From Deltaproteobacteria bacterium (lineage in GTDB: Bacteria; Desulfobacterota; Binatia; UBA12015), in NCBI GenBank assembly GCA_046583355.1, contig JAYGCM010000071.1:1-37804 (forward strand): a stretch of DNA of 37,804 bases, given 5' to 3'. Of the stretch, positions 17,012 through 26,459 are shown piece by piece. The number at the start of each line of letters is the position of its first letter. Position 1 is the stretch's first letter. The translations under genes were made by a program, and so were the position numbers. The notes beneath the pieces were generated by a model. It was not told where the DNA came from, ran no database searches, and saw only the letters and a list, made by a program, of their open reading frames with translations.

Positions 17012-18568
17012 TCAAGCGACCGGCCGGTGCCCCGGTCCGAGCAGGTCGAGAACCGTTTTGACGGGTTGGAAGGTCTCGCGCGGGACCTCGACGAAGATGG
17101 TGGTCCAATGCGCCATCGCGCCGTTCCAGAGGCCGGGGTGCTCCAGCGCCCGTAGAGCGCGTCCGCCGCTCGATTTCTTGGCCACGAAGACTGCATCCCG
17201 GTCGACGAACGAATCCAATGCGAAGGCTTGCCCGTCAGGCCGGCGCAATGCGCAGACCATATCGGTCGGATTGAAATGCGTGGCGCCACCGAGAATGGCG
17301 GCCTGCTTCGGATCCCTTGTGTCGATCTCGGCGGTTTCGACAATCTGGCGGGAGACGGCCTCCCCCTCACGCTGGACCCAGAAAGGGCCACCACCGGGGT
17401 CACCGGTATTGCGCACCACGCCGCAGACGCGCATCGGTCGGGCAAGGACACGCTCGAGCGCGTCGAGCGGGGGCAGATCCGGATCTTCTGCGAAGCCCAG
17501 TTCGTCGGTGAGGAATGCGCGGGCCTCGGCCGTGGCTCTATGGTCGGCATTTTTGCGGAGTCGCGCGGCCAACTCGGCGGTGCGGCTCAGTAGCCGTACC
17601 AGCAGCCCGCCGAGTGCGCGGCGCCAATGGAGTACCGGCTCGCGGCGATCGTCAGGAACAATATTGTCGATATTCTTGATGAAGACCAGGTCGCCGCCGC
17701 AGTTTTCGAGGTTGCGGATCAGCGCGCCGTGGCCCCCGGGGCGAAAGAGCAGCCGCCCGTCCTTGTCGCGAAAAAGAGCGCCTTGCTGGTCGAGGGCAAT
17801 TGTGTCGGTGGCGGATGATTGCGTCGAGAAGCCGATGTCGAGTGTGGCCGTGTGGCGCTGTTCGATGGCCCCGCGTGCTTGCATGAGCTTCGCGGCAAAG
17901 GCATCTGCATGCTGCGGCGAGACCGTGAAATGTAACGCGACCCGGCCGTCGCCTGCGCGCAATAAAGCGGCGGCCTCCTCGAGATGTTCCTCGAAGGCGG
18001 TTCGTGTTGTGTCGCGATAGAGGTGGAAGCCAAGCAGACCTTTGGCACGCTCGGGCGAGCCGAGTGCGTCGTCGTCGAGCAGGGCGTGCAGCAGGGGCGC
18101 GCAATCGCCCCGGGCGGCGATACGGTCGAGGTCGTCGCCACGGCCTTTGAAGTAGCGACGCAACTCGCTGGTAAATGCGAAGGAATCGTATTTCTCACAG
18201 ACCTGCGACGCGCTTTCTGCGTCGGGATCCTTGCTGGCGCGAAGTGCCAGGCGGCTGAGATCACCGCCCTTGCTGAGGGTTGCGACAAGGCTTTTGAACA
18301 TGCGCGAGGCTGCGCCTGAAGCCGGGACGAACGAGAGGAAACGGCCGCGGCCGGCCGCCTCGGCGAAGGCCTCGAGACAATCGGCGACCTGCGTCTCGGC
18401 GAGTTGGACGACGCCATCGCTGGGCGCGGCGGCGCGGTCGAGGTGCCGGAAGCTCTGCGGGCCGCGCAGCAGCGCCGCCTGTCGCTCGACCTCTGCCACC
18501 GTGAGGCCGTGTGCCGCGATGGCTTGCTGGTCGGCTATGTCGAGCGTCGCGGTGTCCTGTTGGGCCAT
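17012..18568 (-). CDS. DUF4301 family protein (nucleotidyltransferase-like)
   Basis: FVPASGAASRMFK, TAFEEHL, HFTVSPQH, FRPGGHGALIRNL, FIKNIDN, RPMRVCGVV, GDPGGGPFW, THFNPTDMVC, LEHPGLWNGAMA, FVEVP. Confidence 0.9.
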   Translation of the reverse strand: MAQQDTATLDIADQQAIAAHGLTVAEVERQAALLRGPQSFRHLDRAAAPSDGVVQLAETQVADCLEAFAEAAGRGRFLSFVPASGAASRMFKSLVATLSKGGDLSRLALRASKDPDAESASQVCEKYDSFAFTSELRRYFKGRGDDLDRIAARGDCAPLLHALLDDDALGSPERAKGLLGFHLYRDTTRTAFEEHLEEAAALLRAGDGRVALHFTVSPQHADAFAAKLMQARGAIEQRHTATLDIGFSTQSSATDTIALDQQGALFRDKDGRLLFRPGGHGALIRNLENCGGDLVFIKNIDNIVPDDRREPVLHWRRALGGLLVRLLSRTAELAARLRKNADHRATAEARAFLTDELGFAEDPDLPPLDALERVLARPMRVCGVVRNTGDPGGGPFWVQREGEAVSRQIVETAEIDTRDPKQAAILGGATHFNPTDMVCALRRPDGQAFALDSFVDRDAVFVAKKSSGGRALRALEHPGLWNGAMAHWTTIFVEVPRETFQPVKTVLDLLGPGHRPVA

Positions 18569-18752
18569 CGCGCTCCAGTACCATGCCGGGGGCAGGGCTG
18601 CATTGCTGGCGGGATCCTTTGGTGGAGCGGGCGGAACGTCAGGGCGTGCTCGAATGCGGTCTCATTTTCCGGCCGTGCTGCCGAGCTCAAATGCGTGGCT
18701 TTGGTCCTGATTCATGCTTTGCTCCATTTGGTTATGGGCCGTGAACCGATAC

Positions 18753-19388
18753 ATGTTGCAGGACGCTGAAAATACCTCCCGGACCGAAGAGTCGGGAACC
18801 GCCCGCCGCATCCTGGATGCGGCCGAAGGACTCTTTGCCGCGCAGGGCTTTGCCGGGGTCTCGGTGCGCGAGATCGCTGGTGCTGTCAGCCTGAACCAGG
18901 CGAGTATCTATAACCATTTCCCGAGCAAACGCGCGCTTTACGAGGCCGTGCTCGACCGCGGCCTGACGCCTTTGCGCGATATTCTTGCGCGTGCGGCGCA
19001 GACGCTGGACTCGGCCGAGGGAGGCGACCGCTTGCTCGAGGAGTTGAGCGAGCACCTCTGGAACTCGCCGAATCTGCCCAAGCTGATCCAGCGTGAAATT
19101 CTCGATGACGGTGAGTATCTGGAGCGCCTATCCGCTCAATGGCTGCGCCCGATCTATGAGCAGGGCCAGGCGGCGATGGTGCGCTCCAATTTGTCGACAA
19201 GCTGGTCCCAAGACTCCGACCCGTTGATCGTCTTGATGATGTACCATCTCATTTTCGGCTATTTCTTCTCGGCGCCGCTGGCAAGGCGTGTCCTCGGTGT
19301 CGAGCCGATGTCGCGCGAGATGCACGATCGGAATATCGCTTTTTTGAAGCAGGCAGCGCATCGCCTGCTGGTTATTGGCGAGAACTGA
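18753..19388 (+). CDS. TetR/AcrR family transcriptional regulator
   Basis: RILDAAEGLFAAQGFAGVSVREIAGAVSLNQASIYNHFPSKRALY. The start could be 18714, 18741 or 18753. Confidence 0.93.
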   Translation: MLQDAENTSRTEESGTARRILDAAEGLFAAQGFAGVSVREIAGAVSLNQASIYNHFPSKRALYEAVLDRGLTPLRDILARAAQTLDSAEGGDRLLEELSEHLWNSPNLPKLIQREILDDGEYLERLSAQWLRPIYEQGQAAMVRSNLSTSWSQDSDPLIVLMMYHLIFGYFFSAPLARRVLGVEPMSREMHDRNIAFLKQAAHRLLVIGEN

Positions 19389-20370
19389 ACGTGCGCCGCC
19401 AGAAGCTGCGCGCGGCATCCAGCGTCTCGGGCGGCAGGTTGTGGCCGACGTCTTCGAGTTCGACCCAGGTAAAGCGATCGGGCATCGCAGCGTCGAGGTA
19501 GGCTGCCTGCAGCGCCCCGGCGAAGCGCTCGACACAATGTGCCGGAATCGCAGTATCGTCTTGGCCGGTAATCAGAAGGAGCGTCCGCGGCGGGAAGCGT
19601 TCGAGGTGGTTGCCGGGGTCGATTCTCTCGAGGTCGGCCGTGTAGGTATCGTCAAGCGTCATCTTGTCGCCGGGAAGCCAGCGTGGATCATTGCCGAGCG
19701 CAAGGTCCGAGTAGCGCAGGAAGCAACGGTAATCGCCGGTCGCGGCACGGACGAAACCGGCGTGCAGCCTTGGGTCGTGCGCCATGGCCTGCAGGGCGAG
19801 AAAGCCGCTGGTCGAGGATCCGGCGATACCAATGCGTCCGGGGTCGATCGCCGGGATCAGGTGCAATGCATCGAGGACGGCCGGGATAGCCGTATATGCT
19901 TCGTAAGCGATGATGCCGAAATAGCCCTGACCGATGATGCCGGGCCGGTCGGCTGCGAGAATCCAGCGACCGATAAGCGGTTTTTTCGCAGCGGCGGGAT
20001 CTTCGCCCATCGCTCCCTCTTCTGTGTTTCCTTCGGCTTTTTTGCCGAACCTGCGCAAGGTATCCCAATGTGTACGGAAGCGCACCGTGGCGATCCCGGC
20101 CCGGAGGAGGTCGTAGCCGTGGTTCAGCGGCGAAATGACGGCCGGTACCGGCCCTTCGATATCCTTGGGCACGAGGATATCGGCAGTGATCCAGCCACCC
20201 AGAATCGCAATCTTCGTATGCGTCGCGACGATCGGTGGCCGCGGCCGCTGTATCGCCGGGCTCGCACAGGCCGCGCCGAAGACGAAGAGAAGGATCATGC
20301 CGAAGTAGCGTCCGGCTTTGCCGGAGCGCGCACGATAGGCGCAGCGCTTGCGTGTCGGGATGTTGGTCAT
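19372..20370 (-). CDS. Alpha/beta-hydrolase fold lipoprotein (esterase/peptidase-like)
   Basis: Possible lipobox VFGAA-C, nucleophile elbow IDPGRIGIAGSSTSG, GQDDTAIP (Asp) and VGHNL (His). The start could be 20298. Confidence 0.75.
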   Translation of the reverse strand: MTNIPTRKRCAYRARSGKAGRYFGMILLFVFGAACASPAIQRPRPPIVATHTKIAILGGWITADILVPKDIEGPVPAVISPLNHGYDLLRAGIATVRFRTHWDTLRRFGKKAEGNTEEGAMGEDPAAAKKPLIGRWILAADRPGIIGQGYFGIIAYEAYTAIPAVLDALHLIPAIDPGRIGIAGSSTSGFLALQAMAHDPRLHAGFVRAATGDYRCFLRYSDLALGNDPRWLPGDKMTLDDTYTADLERIDPGNHLERFPPRTLLLITGQDDTAIPAHCVERFAGALQAAYLDAAMPDRFTWVELEDVGHNLPPETLDAARSFWRRTFSSRQ

Positions 20371-20392
20371 TCCCCTGTTAAGCTCGATTTCG

Positions 20393-21106
20393 GTGTTCGG
20401 GCAAAGTCGGCAGATCGTAGCGTTTTCTTTCGCGCTCCTGGCGTTGTGTTCCTGCGCTCGGGCGGTGGCACCCTTTGCGCCCGAGGCGCGCAGTGGCAGG
20501 GAGTTGCTCGATGCGGCGATTGTGGCGCGTGGCGGAGGGGTTGCCGGTCTCGAGCGTCGGGTCCGCGCGCGAGTTGAACTTGGCTACCGCGGTGATTGGA
20601 CGTGGACCATGGAGGTGCGCGCACCGGATTATTTCCGCTGGGAGATCGACGCGGCCGGCGCACGTCAGAGCTTCCTTCATGAAGACGGCCGGGTGCGCGG
20701 CTTCCTTGGTACGGCCGAGCTTCCGGTGGTTGCCGCGCAGAGCCGTGTTATCGGCCCGATTGCGCTTTTCCTGACCACGCTGGACCTCGACGCGCTTGCT
20801 CGGCCGGAAGCGGCAGTGCTGCGCCGGCTGGCGCCCGCTGAGTTGGTAGCGCATGCCGCAGCCGGGTTGGGTGTCGAGATTGCGGGAGCGCCAGTAGGCT
20901 TCCATCTCTATTTCGACGAGCGCGGCCTGCTTTTTCAGGCCGATGGTCCTGTTGCCTCGACCGTTACAGCGGCCGGCACGCTCACGGTTACGCGCCATGA
21001 TTTCCGCGCTTACGACGGGCTTCTCTTACCCGCGCGTGAAGTCTTCCGGATCGACGGCCAAGACTTTGTCAACGCCGAAATCGTGCGCTGGCGCGTCTTT
21101 CGCTGA
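20393..21106 (+). CDS. Hypothetical beta-rich lipoprotein
   Basis: Signal FSFALLALCSC, then LLDAAIVARGG, LYFDERGLL and DFRAYDGLLLP. GTG 20393 was chosen because it lies 8 nt after TGtTAAGCT and avoids overlap with the divergent gene. Confidence 0.65.
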   Translation: MFGQSRQIVAFSFALLALCSCARAVAPFAPEARSGRELLDAAIVARGGGVAGLERRVRARVELGYRGDWTWTMEVRAPDYFRWEIDAAGARQSFLHEDGRVRGFLGTAELPVVAAQSRVIGPIALFLTTLDLDALARPEAAVLRRLAPAELVAHAAAGLGVEIAGAPVGFHLYFDERGLLFQADGPVASTVTAAGTLTVTRHDFRAYDGLLLPAREVFRIDGQDFVNAEIVRWRVFR

Positions 21107-21113
21107 CCCAGAG

Positions 21114-21136
21114 AAACCTGCTTCGTGGCCGGACCT
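21114..21136 (-). repeat. Dispersed REP-like element, copy 3 (immediately after the gltA stop)
   Basis: The minus strand reads AGGTCCGGCCACGAAGCAGGTTT. Confidence 0.6.
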
Positions 21137-22462
<1,326 letters not shown>

Positions 22463-22472
22463 TGCGTCTTCT

Positions 22473-23042
22473 TTACTCCAGGCCGAGCTTGGTGCGGCCT
22501 TCGGGCGAGACCATATTCGGGTTCCAGACAGGCGACCAGACGATCTCCACCTCGGCCTCCTCGATATTCGGCAGACTGAGGATTTTGTAGCGCGCGTCGG
22601 CGGCGATGGTATCGCCCATGCCGCAACCCGGCGCGGTCAGGGTCATTTTCACTTCGACGCGGTGGCGGTTGTCACTCAGTGGCGTGGTTGTAAGGCTATA
22701 GACAAGGCCAAGGTCCACGATATTGACCGGAATCTCGGGGTCGTAACAGCCCCGCAAGGCTTGCCAGATGCCCGCTTCGAGATCTTCGGCGGAGAGCGGC
22801 TCGGCTTTCTCTGCTGCCGCCGGAGCACTCTCTGCCGTTGGTTGCTGGCCGATCGCGTCCGCGTCGCTCTCCGAAATGCGGACCAGACCGCCATAATCGG
22901 GAACGTTAAGCGTGAAAGAGCCTCCCAGCGATTGGGTGATTACCGCCCGCGTTCCCTTGGGAACCAGGATAGTATGCCCGGCCGGAATGAGGATGGCCTC
23001 GCAATCCCGTGCCAATTCGATCCATTCACTTGATTCGCTCAT
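22473..23042 (-). CDS. sufT: Putative Fe-S cluster assembly protein SufT (DUF59)
   Basis: RDCEAILIPAG, ITQSLGGSFT, CYDPEIPVNIVDLGLVY, MTLTAPGCGMG. RBS GGAG. Confidence 0.92.
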   Translation of the reverse strand: MSESSEWIELARDCEAILIPAGHTILVPKGTRAVITQSLGGSFTLNVPDYGGLVRISESDADAIGQQPTAESAPAAAEKAEPLSAEDLEAGIWQALRGCYDPEIPVNIVDLGLVYSLTTTPLSDNRHRVEVKMTLTAPGCGMGDTIAADARYKILSLPNIEEAEVEIVWSPVWNPNMVSPEGRTKLGLE

Positions 23043-23393
23043 TATTCTGAATTCTCCCCGGGTTGTCGGCCAGGATGCCGGTTCTTCGGTCCTTCAGGAC
23101 CGAAGGGAAGCACCCCACGCATATTGCTGTGTCTGCCTTGAGTCGGCAATACGTGCGCGGGTAGGTTTATAGAAGACCTTGCGAAACCGCTAGTTTTGCC
23201 CGCCAGCTTCGGTGCAGGGGTTTCTTGGATAGAGGGTCTCCGCCAGGCGGGTTGGCGGGCTTGTCGGGAGTGTATTGCCGAGGCGGCTCGACGCCGATAG
23301 GTTAGCGGGGTTCTGTTGTATTCATTCACTTTTTCCTTTCCCTTTTCCTTTTCCCCGCTGACCGTGCGCGTTGCGCGCTGAAGAAAGCCGTTC
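23043..23393. other. Long divergent intergenic region with several stems; candidate structured leader or ncRNA
   Basis: Stems at 23084-92/23097-105, 23113-29/23144-61, 23143-52/23272-81, 23198-207/23251-60 and 23300-10/23353-63, plus a pyrimidine tract at 23329-23356. Confidence 0.4.
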
Positions 23394-26300
23394 ATGAACA
23401 TGCTTCTGCAGTTCCTCAGCATCGTCGTCGCGATGCTTCTCGTTTCCAAGTTTGCACCCGATGGCCTGCGTGCACGCCTGTCGAATGTGCTCAAGCTGCT
23501 CCTCACGGTCGGCATGGTCTACCATCTCCTGGTTTGGCCCTTCGGCGATGGGGCCGGCACGGTGAAGCCAGCCTGGGAGCTGATGGCCGACCTCGTCAGC
23601 AATATCGATGGCTCGATCTTCTGGCCCTTCATCGGGCTGGCGGCCGGCATCCGGTTCCTCGGCGTCATGGCGTCGATGTACCGCTGGCAGTTGGTTCTGC
23701 GCGGACAGCGCATCGAGTTGCCCTTCTGGCATATTCTCGGTGCCTTCCTGATTGGCCGCGCCATCGGCTTCTTCTTGCCGAGCACGGCTGGTCTCGACGG
23801 CTATAAACTCTACGATGCCTCGCGCTTCAGCGGGCGCACGGTCGAGGTGACGGCCGGAACCATGCTGGAGAAGGTTCTCGGCATCACCGGCATCTTCCTG
23901 ACCTATCTTGTCGCCTTGCCCTTCGGCATGTCGATCTTCGGCGAGAATGCCAGCCTGGTAGCAATGGTGACGGTGCCGGTGGCGATCGGCATCATCACGG
24001 TGCTGCTGACGATCCTCTGGTTCCCCGGCATCGTTCAATGGCTGATCGAGACATTGCCGATTCCGGCCAAGGCACAGATCCAAGGTGTGATCTTGCGGAC
24101 CTCGCAGGCGGCCGCGGCTTACCGCGACAAGAAGGGGCTCGTTTTGGCGATGCTCCTGATGAGTTTCTTCCTCCATTTCTTCACCGCCTCGATGTACGTT
24201 TTCCTGGCGATCGCCGTCGGCGCCGGCGCGGATGCGCTCTTCTGGCCGGTCGTCTTCGGTTCGTCTATCCAAATTTTCGCGACTGTCATCGGACCGACCA
24301 TCGGTGGCATGGGTGTGCGCGAGGCCGCTCAGGTGCTCACGCTCGGCAGCCTACTCGGTCCGATTGTCGCCGCCGTCTCCGCCACTTTGGGCTTCTGGGT
24401 CGGCGAGGTGCCGACCCTCTTCGGCTTCCTTTTCTGGATGGCCCGCGGCGATGATTATCGCCCCGCCTATTGTCGAGTCGACGGAGTTCAGGTCGATTAC
24501 GAAGAGGCCGCCCGTCAAGCCGTCGCTTTGGAGACCGAAGAAGAAAAGGCCGAGCGTGAGGCCATTGGCGGCGCTGGTGCCGCCGTGATGCCGCAACCCG
24601 CGCGGTTCGTCGCCTCGGCCGGGCTCGGCCTCGGTGCCGGCACTCTCGCCGGTATCCTGATCGGCCTGATCGAAGCCATGGTGATCGCACAAGGCGGCTT
24701 TGGCGATGAGTCACAGGTGCTCTGGTATGGCCCGCTGGTCTATTCCCTGATCCTCGGCGGGCTGGGTATCGTCGGCGGCGCTGTCCTCAGCGTGCTGCCC
24801 ATGCGCGAAGAAGAGGTGCGGAGTTGGGTGCCTTCGCTCGGCCTGGTGGCGACGCTTGTGCCGCTCGGCCTGGCTGTTCTGATCTTCCGTCTGCGCCGCG
24901 ATGTCTACCTCGAACAAATGCCACCGATTGCGGTGCTGCTCGCCATTGTGGCCGGCGCCGGTGTTCTGGCTCTGCTGATTCTGACGTTCGGGCGCCGATT
25001 CTTTGCCTCGTCCGCCGGACCCATCGCCCGTCCGCTGCCGGCCTTGGGCCTGCTGGGTTTGGTGATGGGCCTGGGCGCGCTCTTCGGGCCCGCAACACCG
25101 CCGGTCGAGATGCCGATTCGCGCGGAGATTCCCGCCGATCTGGTGCAGCGGCCCAACGTCATCCTTGTGATTGTGGACACGCTACGCGCCGACCATCTGG
25201 GCGCCTATGGCGACCCGCGTGGCCTGACGCCCCATATCGATGCGCTTGCCGACGAAGGCTCGACTTGGGATGCCTTCGGCCAATCGTCCTGGACCAAGCC
25301 CTCCGTCGCCACTATCTTCACCTCGCTTTATGCTTCTTCGCACCTTGCGATGAGCAAGCCTTCGGTGTTGCCAGACGTGACGACCATCGCCGACGCGATG
25401 CAGGCCGACGGCTATACCACGGCCGGCTTTGTCTCGAATATCAATCTCGCACCCTCGTTCAATTTCCAACAGGGCTTCGACGAATACACCTATTACGCCC
25501 CCGACTATTTGTTTGGCGCGGCGGAGTCGTCTTCGAAACTGGTCATCTATAGTATTCTGCGCGTCTTGAACTTCAAGGTTCAGAAATCGCAATGGGTCGG
25601 GCAGTATTACCAGGATTCGAAAACCGTGAACGCCGACGTCTTGCCCTGGATCGAGCGCCATAAAGACGACCGCTTCTTTGCCCTGGTTCATTATATGGAC
25701 CCGCACGATCCCTATTTCGTGCATCCCTATGAGGGCCGAGGCATCGCACGGGTCGACAATCAGCATCCCGATGCCGATCAGGCCGAAGAGATGAAGGCTC
25801 TCTATGCCGGCGAGATTGCCTATATGGACGAGAGCTTCGGTGCGCTGGTGCAGGCGCTGAAGAGCGGCGGCATCTACGATAATACGCTGATCGTTTTCAC
25901 CGCCGACCATGGTGAAGAATTCCAGGAGCACGGCGGCTGGTGGCATGGCACTACGCTTTATGACGAGCAGGTGGGCGTGCCGCTGATTGCGAAATTCCCC
26001 GCCGGCGTGATGGTTCCCGCGCAGCCCCGTGGCATCGCTCGACTCCTCGATGTGGCGCCGACGATTCTTGCCGCTGCCGGCGTCGCGATTCCGGCCGAGT
26101 GGCAGGGGGCCGACCTGGCCGAGCCCATTCCGGCCTCGCGGATCGCGTTTGCCGAAGAAGACCACGAAGGCAATATCCTCACCGCCGTGCGCCGCGGGAA
26201 GCTCAAGCTGATCCGCGCGCAGGCCGGCAATCCGCGTGGCCTACCGGAGGTGGAGCTCTTCGATGTCCAGCGTGATCCGGGCGAGCAGCAGAACCTGGCC

Positions 26301-26450
26301 GATGGCCGCGCGCATGCGGTGGCCGAGCTCGATCAGGCGATTGTCGCGATCACCACGGGTGCCGCGGACTCGGCAGTTGCCAACGGCGGGGTGGTGCAGA
26401 TGGACGACGCAACCCGCGATCGCTTGCGCGCGCTCGGCTATATCGAATAG
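23394..26450 (+). CDS. Fusion: lysylphosphatidylglycerol-synthase-TM (UPF0104 flippase-like) domain + ~5 TM + sulfatase/AP-superfamily domain
   Basis: N-terminal YRWQLVL, GFFLPSTAGLDGYK, LEKVLG and PTIGGMGVREA. C-terminal PNVILVIVDTLRADHL, WTKPSVATIFTS, HYMDPHDPY, TADHGEEF and LRALGYIE. A single uninterrupted 1018-aa frame. Confidence 0.9.
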   Translation: MNMLLQFLSIVVAMLLVSKFAPDGLRARLSNVLKLLLTVGMVYHLLVWPFGDGAGTVKPAWELMADLVSNIDGSIFWPFIGLAAGIRFLGVMASMYRWQLVLRGQRIELPFWHILGAFLIGRAIGFFLPSTAGLDGYKLYDASRFSGRTVEVTAGTMLEKVLGITGIFLTYLVALPFGMSIFGENASLVAMVTVPVAIGIITVLLTILWFPGIVQWLIETLPIPAKAQIQGVILRTSQAAAAYRDKKGLVLAMLLMSFFLHFFTASMYVFLAIAVGAGADALFWPVVFGSSIQIFATVIGPTIGGMGVREAAQVLTLGSLLGPIVAAVSATLGFWVGEVPTLFGFLFWMARGDDYRPAYCRVDGVQVDYEEAARQAVALETEEEKAEREAIGGAGAAVMPQPARFVASAGLGLGAGTLAGILIGLIEAMVIAQGGFGDESQVLWYGPLVYSLILGGLGIVGGAVLSVLPMREEEVRSWVPSLGLVATLVPLGLAVLIFRLRRDVYLEQMPPIAVLLAIVAGAGVLALLILTFGRRFFASSAGPIARPLPALGLLGLVMGLGALFGPATPPVEMPIRAEIPADLVQRPNVILVIVDTLRADHLGAYGDPRGLTPHIDALADEGSTWDAFGQSSWTKPSVATIFTSLYASSHLAMSKPSVLPDVTTIADAMQADGYTTAGFVSNINLAPSFNFQQGFDEYTYYAPDYLFGAAESSSKLVIYSILRVLNFKVQKSQWVGQYYQDSKTVNADVLPWIERHKDDRFFALVHYMDPHDPYFVHPYEGRGIARVDNQHPDADQAEEMKALYAGEIAYMDESFGALVQALKSGGIYDNTLIVFTADHGEEFQEHGGWWHGTTLYDEQVGVPLIAKFPAGVMVPAQPRGIARLLDVAPTILAAAGVAIPAEWQGADLAEPIPASRIAFAEEDHEGNILTAVRRGKLKLIRAQAGNPRGLPEVELFDVQRDPGEQQNLADGRAHAVAELDQAIVAITTGAADSAVANGGVVQMDDATRDRLRALGYIE

Positions 26451-26459
26451 GGCTCGGGC

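Noticed and set aside
23094..23114. TCAGGACCGAAGGGAAGCACC resembles the SRP RNA helix-8 motif (CAGG-NCC-GNRA-GGN-AGCAG)
   Set aside because: The loop is GAAG rather than GNRA, AGCAG is AGCAC, the flanks do not form the long SRP stem, and the segment is sequestered in a different perfect hairpin.
23042..23515. 157-aa minus-strand ORF crossing the intergenic region
   Set aside because: It overlaps the fusion gene antisense, includes the translated low-complexity tract (GEKEKGKEK) and has no recognisable motif.
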